Assembly (NCBI GenBank): GCA_010909165.1
Contig: VJWM01000108.1
Coordinates: 744,001 to 808,000, forward strand
Source of the DNA: Anthoceros angustus
Taxonomy: Eukaryota; Plantae; Anthocerotophyta
Length of the DNA: 64,000 nucleotides
Reading direction: 5' to 3'
The position numbers and the translations under genes are program-made. Shown here in pieces: positions 11,911 to 24,300 of this stretch. The first letter of the stretch is position 1. Every line of letters begins with the position of its first letter. The notes beneath the pieces were generated by a model. It made no database searches. It was not told where the DNA came from and was given only the letters and a program-made list of their open reading frames with translations.

Positions 11911-13077
11911 TAGGATTTTGTAGGTCCTTCCTAGTCGTTAGGATTTTTTATGCTGTTAGACTAATGCTCTCGACCTAACTCTGCAGGTCAAGCACAGGCT
12001 AATGGTTCAAGGGTATCTAAGATGCTATTGATGCATCAAAGATGGGCTAAAACGCGCCTTACAAAGGGTTAGCATATGCATAGCACGGTAGGTTGATGTG
12101 CATTTGAACTCGCTTGCAATCCTTTGTTTTCTAATCTCCCACTTGTTAAATGCGTAGGTGGAGCAAGAGGGACATGAATTTGGAGCATCAAATGTATGCG
12201 ACTTATTTGTTTTATTTGCACGCTTACATACACCCACGAGGCTGGGTTAGCAAGTAAAGGGCTTTAACAATGTAAGCAACTCAAGTCCAAATGTCCTATC
12301 TATCGCTCTTTCGGATCTTGTAAGTCTACCGATAGCGCACGCTTTATCGATGTTTTGAAAACGCCTATCAACATGTTGCCGGTGTGCTTCAATCGCATTT
12401 AAGCATGATACACTTGTGTGTGGTGCGACATGTGTGGTCGAAACCCCGGGATTACCTACCATGGAATGCTCGCAACACACGCACTGAAGATTGTTAGGGT
12501 TTCTAGGTGGAGGGCAAACACCGGATGGCGCTGCTCAGGAGAGAGTCGCAATCAATGTTGAATGACTGCCTTACTTCAAGAGCAAGTGCGGCTGATTTTG
12601 CTCGAACTGTCCATTCCCTCGGTTGGTGGAAGCTTATGCAATCATTTGCTCGGCACTCCTTGCCCTGCGGATTCTGGAATGCGCCGGGCGTGGCTGCCAT
12701 TGTTGCCCGTCAATAGATTGGCCACCATTTGGCTAGGATTTGTGTTTTAGAATTTTTCGAGAACCATTTTTGTAATTCTATATGATTTTATATAAAGATT
12801 TGTGCCACTCGGCGGTTGTTCTAGTGTACCTAGTGTCAAATTGCTCACAGCAATCGACAAGTGCACTAGGATGAACTCCTAGAAATGCAAATTTTCTAAA
12901 TAAAAATCAAGAAAAGAAACTACAAGTTGGTTTCTTGATCATTTTCTTGTTTTCTCATTAGAAAATTATTTTCTAAACAAGAAACAAACACAACACATAT
13001 TTGTGCACATCCAAATGTGCCTAATTTAATGTGCATTCTCATGAATGCAATCTATGCCCCGTGATAGCTCGATACCA

Positions 13078-13303
13078 TAACAAAATATGTAATGGTGCGA
13101 TCAATTAACATATTATTACATTGTATATATGTGTATATAAGGAAAAACAAGTATATGAAAGCGAGAACTAGACTTAACTTAATAATGAAAAGGCATGACT
13201 CTTTGCTAAAGGACGAACCCTAATGAAAAGGGTAAGTAAGCTAAATTAAATCTAAGTGCACACTCTATATATGTAGATATAACTAAACCGAAATAACTCA
13301 ACA
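13078..13303 (-). mobile_element. Element A LTR (shared copy 3)
   Basis: PBS remnant at 13067-13077; PPT-like flank at 13304-13314. Confidence 0.8.
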
Positions 13304-13315
13304 CTACTATCTCCA

Positions 13316-14000
13316 TTATGGCTGGCCCGACAATGGCTGGCCAAAATCCAAGAATGGCGCCCAACGATAATGGCTGGCTAGGCCCATAAACGGCCCCACA
13401 ATGGCTGGCCATACAATGGTGATGGTTACAATGCCTGGCCCCACAATGGTGGCCATACAATGGCTGGCCACAATGGTGGCCATGGGCTGGCCATACAATG
13501 GTCGGCCATACAATGGCTGGCCATACAATGGCTGCCATACAATGGGTCATACAATGGTCGGCCATACAATGGCTGGCTCGTACAATACATACAATGGCTG
13601 GCCCCACAATGGCTGGCCATACAATGGTCGGCCCCACAATGGCTGGCCAATGGCCTGGCCGACAATGGCTGGCCTCACAATGGCCGTGCCCGACAATGGT
13701 TGGACAATGGTCGGCGACAATGGCCGACAATGGCTCCATACAATGGCTAGGACAATGGTGACCATACAATGGTTGGCCCTTCAATGGCTTGCCCGACAAT
13801 GGCTGCCCGACAATGGCTGGCCATACAATGGATGGCCAAAATCCAAGAATGGCGCCCTAACGCCCGGCAATGGGTGACGATGGTTGGCCCGATGATGACC
13901 AGCCGCCCGACAATGGCTGGGCATAAAATGGCTGGCCAAAATCGTGAATGGCGACAATGGTCGGCACAATGGCTGGCTATACAATGGCTGCCATATAATG
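13316..14000. repeat. CAATGG minisatellite, unit 3
   Basis: Direct inspection. Confidence 0.95.
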
Positions 14001-14324
14001 GCCCGCAAAGGCGGCATGTACAAACATGTACCATCGGGAGTGCGACTTGCTTGTGGGTGTAGAGGTGGCACTTACTCATAATAAGAACACTTAAGAAAAT
14101 GCCAAAGAGCGTGACGACTAGTATTAGGGCGCCCGCCACGACTTTTCCCTTTCTAGGCCGACGTGTAAGGGCTGGCATTAATGGAGTGCGTGTTGCCGAG
14201 TGGCACGCCCGCACATTTGAATGGACGTGTTCATCATCCCCCACCAAATTTAAAATACCCTCCCCTTCCTCCCGCCTCCCACCTAGCCCCCTTGCTAGTC
14301 CACCAAATTTATAACTTTGCTTAC

Positions 14325-14890
14325 ATTTTACAATGTTGCTTATACTTCATAACAATCTACAACATGGGAGCCACATCATCGATCCCTCGTTATAAATGAA
14401 CTCTAATCATATTTTTGAAATCAATACCAATAATAAAGACTTTTGAAGAAATAAAGATCAAATATCAAATTTTGAGAAAGAGATTTTACAATGTAATCTA
14501 CAACAAGGAGGCACGCTCATCAATCCACCACGCAAATGGTCTTCAATAATATTTTTGTGATTAATAACAATAATAAAGAGTTTAAAAAATGAAACACATT
14601 TCGAGAAAAATATTTTACAACGAATTACAACAAGGGAGCCACATCATCAATCGCTGATATATATTACCTCAAATCATATTTTTGATTAATAATAAAAAGA
14701 GTTTTAATGTAATAAAGAATACATTTTGAGAAAAATATTTTACAATGTATCTATATACAAGGAAGCCACATCATCAATTGCTATTGTAAATGGCTTCCAA
14801 TCATATTTTTGATTAATGATGATAAAATATTTTTTGAAGAAATAAAGATCAAAATTTGAGAAAAAGGCTTTACAACGTATCTACAACAAG
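14325..14890. repeat. AT-rich ~125-bp minisatellite, unit 3
   Basis: Same monomer core. Confidence 0.9.
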
Positions 14891-14934
14891 GGCGCTAACG
14901 CCGACAATGGCTGGCCCCATGGCTGGCCCGACAG

Positions 14935-15389
14935 AGGAGGTTGTGCAGCGAAGTCATTAGCAAAATTGCTTCCATCCTCCTCATCATTTTGATGTTGTTC
15001 TTCTTCGCAGGAGCAATCTCCTCAAGTGCGAAGTCGTGAAAACAAAGGACGTGAAGAGCAGAGAGGTTGAAATCCTCCCGTGTAGTGGGAACAGCCCCAC
15101 TTGCGCCAAGTCGCTTTATCAAAGGTGACACGCGTGTAGACCACCTTGTTCTCGAGGTACGCCATAAAGCTTGTAAGCTTTTATACCTTCGTATCCTATC
15201 ATAAGGAATTTCTTGGCCTTAGCAGCTAACTTGGTTCTCTTGGCCTTAGGAATGAAAGCGTAAGCTATGCAACCGAAGGTTCGAAGATGAAGGATAGCTG
15301 GTTTTCTACCAAAGAAAGCTTCATAACGGGTATGTCCTAAGATCAGGGCAACTGCTATGTAAATAAGCTGGTCATGAGGGCCTCACATG
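14935..15389 (-). pseudogene. Element A integrase C-terminal part, unit 3 (left of B1 insertion)
   Basis: Homologous to 4205-4630; interrupted at GAGGGCCTCA. Confidence 0.8.
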
Positions 15390-15554
15390 TGTAAATAAAT
15401 AAAGCGGAAGCTCTCGTACACCAAAGTCACATGTGCACAAGAGAATGAACAACAACTAAATTCAACGAACAAAATTGTGTCTTATATACTTCCATAAACG
15501 AAACCCTAATGTTAACCATGCGAGGTTAACTAGACTTCAATGAATAACCCTAAG
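15390..15554 (-). mobile_element. B1 3' LTR
   Basis: Direct repeat of 27662-27826. Confidence 0.9.
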
Positions 15555-16483
15555 ACTCCCTGTTAACCGAACAGGGTTAACGGAACGGAATCTTAGAAGA
15601 ACGGTGTCTAGGGCTACGCCCCGCTTCCGCCTTGGGCGTAAAGACGTGCAAGCGGAGCGTGAGGATCACCTGGGTTGGCAGGATTCGGACGTGAACGCGA
15701 AGGAAGGCGATGTGTGTGGCCATGAAGAGAGAAATAGCTTGGCGCTTGCATCACATGCATCTATAGCAGCGAGCATAGCGGTAGGCAGCAGCATGGAGGC
15801 ATGGCACAAGCGGAACCTCGCTACCAAGGAAGGAGTGGCCACCACCAAGGCTGGAGCGGCCCAGTTCTTGGACATGAACTCAGGAATTTCGACAGTGATG
15901 GTCGACCCAAGTCTCTACTGTGCTGTAGAGAGGGACAAGCACTCGGCAGGGTGGCCAATGCAGGCAGACCGAAATCTGGTCTCACACCTCATGCTGACCC
16001 TGAAGAAGATGGAGGAGCTCGACCGCGTCTTGATTAGCCAAATTGAGGTCAATTGATGGAAGACCCGTAGGTAGAATCCCTCCTCACGTGCCCGCATGTT
16101 TCTACTTACGATTCACGAGATTAAGATGGTCAAGGAGCCTGGAGGAAATGGGCCGTGGGCACACTTGGAGATAACGAGCTCTGTGGGGCCAACATAAAAC
16201 CCCTACCCTCCTTCACGATGGTAAGCAACTCAAAGTCACTATTTGTATTGGTAGTCGATGCAGATCACTCACGTCTGGATTTGTACTGCTAAATTCATCC
16301 GAGTGATCCACTTACATGTGGTGAGAGAATCAAGAGTACCACCTAGTGCCATGTGGTTTCCTTAACCTATATGCAAGACAGAAGCAGAGGGACATGCCTC
16401 TCCACGAGAGTGCCGGAACTTGGGAAAGCAATCCCTGAGGACATGCCACTATTCACGAATGCACGCCATAGGTTGGTGAATTT

Positions 16484-19400
16484 CTAGGTTGCGATGGGCA
16501 TAGAAAACACCCTCAGCCCCAAGGCTGCAAGGTGCTTGTAGTGCTTTGGCTTACTTAAGCCCTTTGTAAGAATGTCAAGAACATTATCTTTAATCGACAT
16601 ACTCCACTTTGCCTATGCCCCTTCGACCACATCTCGAATGTAATGGTGGTACAACTCAATATGCTTGGTTCTTGCATGGGCGGGGTTAGACACCAAGGCA
16701 ATAGTCGACATATTGTCACAGAGCGAAAGTTGGCCCTTCCGTGGTAAGTGACACAAGAAAGTGCCGTTCCCATTCTAACTCCCGCATCCGATCGGGGCCT
16801 TGTACTCGGCCGAGGGCGGTGAAAGAGCTTCTTACAAGACGATTAATGGCACCTTGTGCGCAAAAGAAAACATGAGTCGGCTTTTCCTAGTGTCCACATC
16901 GATGCGGCATCAGCAAATGCGTATAAGTCAAACTCCCTCTTGCTAGTCCCGTGTAGTGTAGGCCATATTGCATGACTCGAAAGGTAGCGATATACTCGTT
17001 TAAGAGATTTGTGCTTTGCAGTGCCTTCAAGAATTGCGACACACTAGAGTAGCTGATGTCGTATGTCCAATTGGCGGAAAATTAAATGTTCGACCTCGGT
17101 CACGGAACTCCGATCATCATAGCCTCATCAACGATCCCAGGTGGCGAGGTCCGAGGTAAGCTTTTCCCCCACTCATGTAGGTGTTGAAACAGCTTGCACA
17201 AATTAAACCTCTTAAGGATTTCTTTTATGTATTTGGTCGATGTAGAATGATGTGCCGTGTGACCGTCCTGATCATCCGGGAGCGAGATGGCAAGCGGCCC
17301 CTTAATCAGACCTAAGAAGGCCTTTCACTTTGTCAAGTCGCTTGTGGTGATTGCTCAATTGCATCATCTACATGAAGCGCAAGGATGACAAACGACCCAT
17401 CGAATCGAGGTAAAAACATTAGAGTCTCACAGTGATTGAACAAAGCCATGCTTTTGAGGAACTTCATGATCCTCTTATGCACGAGGGCTGCTTAAGCCCA
17501 TATAAGGTTTTCAACAAATTTAGACTTTATTAGGAAATTGCTTATCAACAAATCCTTGAGTTGGATATATAAGACCTCCTCGAGTTCCCGTGAAGAAAGG
17601 CCGTGCAAACATCCATCCGTGGAGTTCGAGATCAAAGTGAGCAGCCATGGCCAAAAATCCGAATGTAAGGCGGTTTGACAAGCGGCGAAAAGTGTCTCCA
17701 TAATCGATTCTGTGAGAAACCCAAGCTACTAGTCGTGATTTATACCGTGCAATTGTACCATCCCTTGATTTAGTTTTGAAAACCCACTTACATGTGATAG
17801 GTTTTCCCGGAGGCAAGTCTGCGAGTTCCTGTGTGTTGTTCTTCACCAACGAGTTATACTCATCATCAATCGAAATCCTCCAATGTTTACCATCGTGCCT
17901 TCAAGTGCCTCTTTGTAACTCGAGGATCGAGCCTAACCGTGCACATGTATGTACATACATGAGCTAATTGTTCCGCGAAAATCGATAGCCCGGTACGGAG
18001 GTTCCGCCACCGCGTCGGGCGTTCACGGGCAGGATCTGAGGTATCCCCACGTAGGGCCGAGGTGCTCCCTCTTCATCCGTATGATCTAAATTTATAAGAG
18101 ACTCTTCCAACCAGAGAACCGAGCGTCACTATGACTTGCAACACTTGCAAGACATCGCATCCGAAGTCGATTCAGGTGGCGCTCGCAAGATGTTCATCTT
18201 TCTCCTCAAGTTCGGAGGATCTACATTAGGCGGAAGCTCATCATCGGTCAGATTAGGGTTCCGAGGAAGAGGCACGTTGGCGAGGATTTATCAACTCATC
18301 CACATGTGATCATCGTTATCAGTGACTTCCATCGATCGAGGATAATGGATGGGATGAGATTGCTCGCCCACTAGTGAATTGGAACGAGAAGAGTCGCCAG
18401 AGCCTCGTGTCCACATCACCGTGGGAAGACAAGCTCTTGAAAGTTGCACTTCTAGACAGAAAGTTATTTTGATGTTCTTTGCCAAAGCAGCTTTGTAGGC
18501 CTTTGACTCCTCGAGTATCCAACAAACACCAATTGTTTAGCCCTATCTAACTTCTTGCGCTTTGCTTGTGTATGAATGCAAACGCTGGTGATCCAAAGAC
18601 CTTGAGATGTGACAAGCTTTGGCTTCCTTCCCGTAAAGCTTCATAAGGGTGTCTTTCCGTGGGGGCGTATGACTACCTGTTCAACAAGTAAATTGTCACA
18701 ACTTCTCGCCCCAATAGCTTTTATGCAGCCCTCACGATGATAACATGCATCTAGTCATTCCATAAGTGTCTGGTTTTTCCTCTCAAGAACCCCCTTTGCG
18801 TGCAAGGGAACGTAGAGTTGGCGAATAATTCCAAACCTGAAGAGATCATCAAACTTCCGCCCGTGGAATTCTCCTCCGATAGTCACAAACACTTCACCAA
18901 ATGGCACTCTAGCGTTACCATAGGGATCCAAAGAAGTAATCTAATCATACACATCACTCTTATGTTTGATGGGAAATGTCCATGTGTATCGTGAAAAATC
19001 GTCTCAATGTTAGATAGTATTCAAAGACCTCCTAACGACTTGACCTGAATTTTTCCAAGAATATCATGTATGAGTTCAAAGGCCTTGGCACGATTAGGTG
19101 TCTTGTTCTTAAATGGTAGCTCCTTCCCGCTTGACAAAGATTAGAGTCGCAAGACTCTAAAAAGCTTGAAACAGAAGGTAATTTCTCCCTATACAAATCA
19201 ATTGGCCATGACGCTCACTGAACTTGTTGACATGACCCAACCTTGCATGCCGTAGATTAGCTTGTGCATGATGCGAAACTAAAGCCCTAGCTCTAGACTT
19301 GGTAACGTGACTTCTGGCGGATCATTGACGAGAGTATGGCCTTAGCTACATAGTCTTGTGGGTTACTAAGCTCATAAATGTAACATTTCCTATCCTCAAA

Positions 19401-21300
19401 CGGAAGCCATCTGCTTGACTTTGTGCCAGCCCTAATGCTCGCAGCGGTTTTGCTCATATCGAATCGACAGGACATCTTCCAAGTACAAGAACGCACCTCC
19501 CTAGCAAAGGTATGACAACATCTCCATGCCCTTAACTTACACCTCTAGAGTCCCCAACAAACGATTGTGGTGACCTCTGCTGTGTAAGGTGGAGAACAAT
19601 GTGATTACGGAGCATGTGCGTGCACCGAATCAACAAACCAGAGGATGAAGTTTCCACCTGTAAGACGTCAAATACAAGCGTTAGAGAATCGCCGCTCTTG
19701 GGTTTCTGATTTGAAGAATTGATCTTCACATTGATGTGACATGAGCCTCGTGCTTGTTTCCTTCTTGGCTCGCTTTCTTTTGGCCATCCTCCTGTGACTG
19801 CACTTGCACCGATTCACTTACCTTGTCTTTTGGTCTGGCGGGCATCGAGGAATGCTGGTTTGAGGTGAGATATCCTTCTTCCTTTCCCCTTCCAAGGTCC
19901 TTTGCCTTTTGAACAGACCTTCGCCTCACGAGTGCCACTTGATTTATGTCTCCTTTGCTCCTCTTGCAGAGCGCTCAATGACTTCATTCAAGTCCAAGGC
20001 GTGGTGCCCAGCAGTCACGCTTGGTAGGCGTGAAGGAAGCATTCTCCGAGATAAAGTCTGATAGGATGGAGCAAGCCGGTCAACAGCTGAGCAACCATCT
20101 CCACATTAGTCGCCTTGGCTCCCATCATGATGACGTGTTGAGGTACCTCAACTTTGTGACATAGGTTCAACAGGATCCCTTCCTTCATCCTCGTTATGGA
20201 ATTGTTCTCGAACATGAATCAAGTCGCGGACATTTTTGACTGGTAAGTGTCAACTAATCGGGTTCCAACATTTGCCCTATGAACTCGACTTGTAGTTGTC
20301 TCATCCACTCGGCATGGCAAATGCCACTTTATTCCCTTTGTTCCACTTGGCTATCTCATCACCGTGGGTTGCAGCTTGCGATTGTCGACAAGGTTGGGAT
20401 TTGGGATCGAACCATCCACATACTCCCACACATCATCAATGCTCAGATGAGCTTTCATCCTAGCTTTCCAGCTGAATCGGGTTTCCACAAACCGATCCTC
20501 TTTAAATTCTCCAAGTAGAACCAATCACGTTAGTACCCATATTGTTAATGGGTTGTGTGCGGGGTGGTTGATTCTATGCCGAGAGAACAAAGACCGGAAG
20601 CGATGCAAGGGAATGTAGAAAGTCCTCCTCTACATCCGACGACTCATCTACCTCACTATCGACTGTCCCAAAAAGAAGGCATGAAACAGTAAGTAGCATG
20701 ACGGTACATTAGCAGCGTTCAAAAACTTAACATGATTCAAACGTTATTTTAGGCAATATGCCTATTCAAATGTGGCTTTTGTGACGGACAGCGACCAACC
20801 GTCATGTCCGATGACCACGCGTTGAGATCAGTGCAGACCCGCCGCCGGCCGATGCTGGTGACCTCTGCGATGGAGCGCCCACCAAGACCCGATGCAAACT
20901 AGGCCGCCTGGGTTTTGCCTCCCTTGAGGTGTAGCAGGTCAGCTGCATCCTCGTCAAAAGGCAAATCCAAAGAAGGCGAACCGAGTCCAATCCTCTAAAG
21001 GTAGCAGCCGTGTTCAACGTCAACCTTGATGAGCGGCGAGGAGATCAACGCTTCCAACATCAGCGTCATTTGCTCCAATGATGTGGTCATCGACGCCGAA
21101 TCGAATGCGATTGCCGAAGCCAATGCTCCAATTGTTGTATATCGATTGCAATCAAATTGGCTTCTTGAGGAAAACCTCATGAAATTTTGCACGAGGGTGG
21201 AAATATATAGCCTTGTTTCACGATCGTCTTCTAACACCGAATTTTCTCATCGATGCAAACGGTGTTGCTCCTATCCTCGACTCTGGCGACTTACATTAAG
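16484..21300 (-). pseudogene. B1 gag-pol polyprotein (Gag, protease, integrase, RT, RNaseH), frameshifted
   Basis: WKARMKAHLSIDDVWEYVDGSIP (Gag N-terminus, ~20450), WFVDS protease (~19640), integrase core (18700-19250), RT (LPPGKPITCKWVFKTK..DGTIARYKSRLVA 17520-17849; ILALHVDD in sister copies), RNaseH (AEYKAL..CDNMSTIAL..RTKHIE..HYIRD), stop at 16484-16486. Confidence 0.9.
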
Positions 21301-21338
21301 AGGAGAATTATGTGACTCAAACAACTCAGCAGCCTTTG

Positions 21339-24300
21339 TGTGGAAGCAAAGTTTGGGCAAGCGTTTAAGTGAGTTGTTTTACAGTCCGAATGCTTTTGAT
21401 AGAAATGGTTTGGTGGAAACATGCAGAAATGTTTTGTTCGATTGAAGGCATGGGATCTTTGTCGGAAGGCGAGAGAGGATACTTAGGGAAAAGCGGATCG
21501 AAATGACCTTCTAGTGAGGAGGGTAGGAGACATATGTGAGCGGTGGGAGATGTCCTACCGTGGTGGGAGGTATCCTACCACCGTGGGAGAAACTCCTACC
21601 ACGGTAGGCTAAGTGGAGAACTCCTACCGTAGGTATGGGTGGGAGAATGTCCCTGCTTGTGAGGTGGCCTAGCTAGCGTTTTGATGACCCTCTGGGCGTG
21701 GGGTAGCTCCTACCACGGTGGGAAAAGGGTGAAGGCAATTAAGCCAAGGAAGTAGCTTGAGGTTCTTTGCAGTGGCTATTGATAGGCTTGCGAGGCAAAG
21801 GCACGATTATTGGGGACCACCACCAAGTTTGAGGGAAGGCAAAGTAATTTGCCACATGTGTGGAAGAAGTGAGACATGGGCGGGGTGCTCATATTGCTGA
21901 GATTTTGCGATGGGAGGGCTGCTAGGTAGAGATGTGTGGCAAGGGTTGCTGCGGGAAGATGGGCCAAGTGCGTAATGGTGGAATTGTCTGCGGGGATCTG
22001 CTGCGGGCTCTAGGTTGGGAGCTCGGCATGCGAGAGAGGAGCGACAATTGGTGCAAGGATGGGGCGAGGAGCTCATGTTGAGGTGAGCAGCCACAAGGGT
22101 TGCAAGAGGAGGCCATGGTCAGGCACATGGAAGTGCTCTCAATGGAGTCACGATGTGAGGATGGCGTGTGTTGAACTAGGAAAGGCCGTGGTAGAGCACT
22201 CACGCTGAATTTGTATGGGCTGCAAGATGGAGGTGTGGCCAAACCATAGGAAGGCGGTGTTGCGGGTGGGGCGCAACATGGTGAAGGATCACGGTGTGCA
22301 TCATGATGGCCAATTTGTGGGGCTGCAAGTCAAAGTGAAGGGAGGCCGTTGTGGTGGCCGCGAGGAGAAATGGATAGCAAGGAGGGTTGATACGAGATGT
22401 TGTGGAGGCGTGAGAAGTTCACCGAGGGATAATCATTTTATTCTTGATGAGTGTTATGCAAGCCAATTGGGTGTGTTGGACAATGGAATGTAAGAACTCA
22501 GTTAAGCGTCCTAGGGGTGGATCAGTCGGATGGGGCACCTTTGTGTGGGTGTTTCATTGTTATATTTGAAGTCACATGAGAGCTAATTGGGAGAGGGTTT
22601 GAGTGGTGCACCCTACGCGAAGGAGGTGTAGGGTGGTAGTGGACGTAGGGCATGGCACTCCCTACCGTAGAGGGGGAGGTGCATCCTACAAGGGGTAGAT
22701 GTAGGGTGATAGTTGGCGTGCGTAGGGTATCAAATGCAGTGCGTAGGGTGACAAAGGTGACCCTACATAGTAGACGTAGGGTGACAAAGGTGACCCTACA
22801 TAGATAGGTCATAGTATGGGACGGTGGGTGAAGTAGGGGTAGGGTGAGAGGGGTGGCCCATGGGTGGGATGTAGGGGTGGCATGGACTCCCGGGACCCTA
22901 ACTAGGTGGGTCATAGTTAGGTAGGTGATGGGTAGGATGAGAGTGTCTCCCTGAGGGAGTGAGGTCTCCCTATGTGCAGCGGAGTGGGGTCGACACCCTA
23001 CTTGGATACTTGGGAAGCAAGCTTTCAGATAGGCGGTTTCAACCTAGGAAGTTAGAGGGTGTATAATGCAAGGTTGAGGATAAATAGGGTATATTAGGAA
23101 TAATAATCCATAAATATGTAAGGGGTAGGTAGTGTAGGGTTATTGCCATGCAAGCGGGGTGTGTAGGAGTGGCACCTAGGAAGCTTCTGAGGAATGCCTG
23201 GAAGAGCTTGTGCATGCAGGAAAGCTAGAGCAAGGACTTGGTGGAACGCGGTGCCGTGTGTGTGCAAGGAGAAGGAGGTGTGCGTGCATAAGAGTTGTGT
23301 GTGAAGGATTTGAAGCACAACCGTGAAGAGAGCAAGGGCGCTGATTTGTGTGCCTAGGACCTTGCAAGTGAGGGATTTGGGCGTAAGGAGGTGTATGTTG
23401 TGAGGACACCAAGTTTGAGCTAGGTGGGACCGTGGAGTGAAGAGGAAGTAAGTGGAGAAGGGGTGTTGCTCACTTGGTGGATCTTGTGTGGCGAGTGAAG
23501 AAATCTCACAATTGTGTGTAGGCACCGAGGTGGCAACTAGGTGGAAACGAGCACGTGGGCGTGCCCAAGCTTGTATTGTTTGTGTAGTTATTTTGAAGGT
23601 GCAAGATGGTGAAAGCGCCGCACCTAAGAAGGGCAAATTGGTTGCTAGGGAGCCGTGAGAAGAGGCAGATGCGAATTTAATTGCTTCCGCATGTGGAGGC
23701 TAGGCACTTGGTAGCATTCGACATGTTTGGAGAACCCAACGTGCAATTGCAATGGGTGTATGGCCGCCATCGGGCCTATGTCAACTTGGAGATGATAGAG
23801 GAGTGCTTCATAAACTTCACTATGCCACGGCAGAACCGGAGGACTGGAAAATAGGATGCAAGGATCGATCCAGGTCGGGAAACACATCCGGTATATGGAA
23901 GACCAAATGAGGAGGCTCGTGGAGGGATTGCGATTATGGAGCTTGAAAGGAAGGTTGAGGAGAAGGGGAAGAGAAAAGGAGAATCGGAAGTGTCATGAGC
24001 TACTTGAGAAAGCTATGGACATGTTACAACGCTGCATAAGTCTAGGGAGAAAGGTGGTTGGTGCAATCAAGAACTCAAGGAAGAGAAATGGAGAACATTT
24101 GCTAAGATTCTCCTTGGATTGGTGAGTGCGCAACGGAAGACATATCTTAGTGATGCGCAGCTATATTTCATCCGAGGTTGTCTAGGGGCTACCCCTGCAT
24201 TGGGGAATGGTAATGTATGATGTTTATCGCACACCGCTGGAAGGTTGCTTATACCCAATGCGAGGAATCCAAGAGCACGTGAAATACATACCTCTCCACC

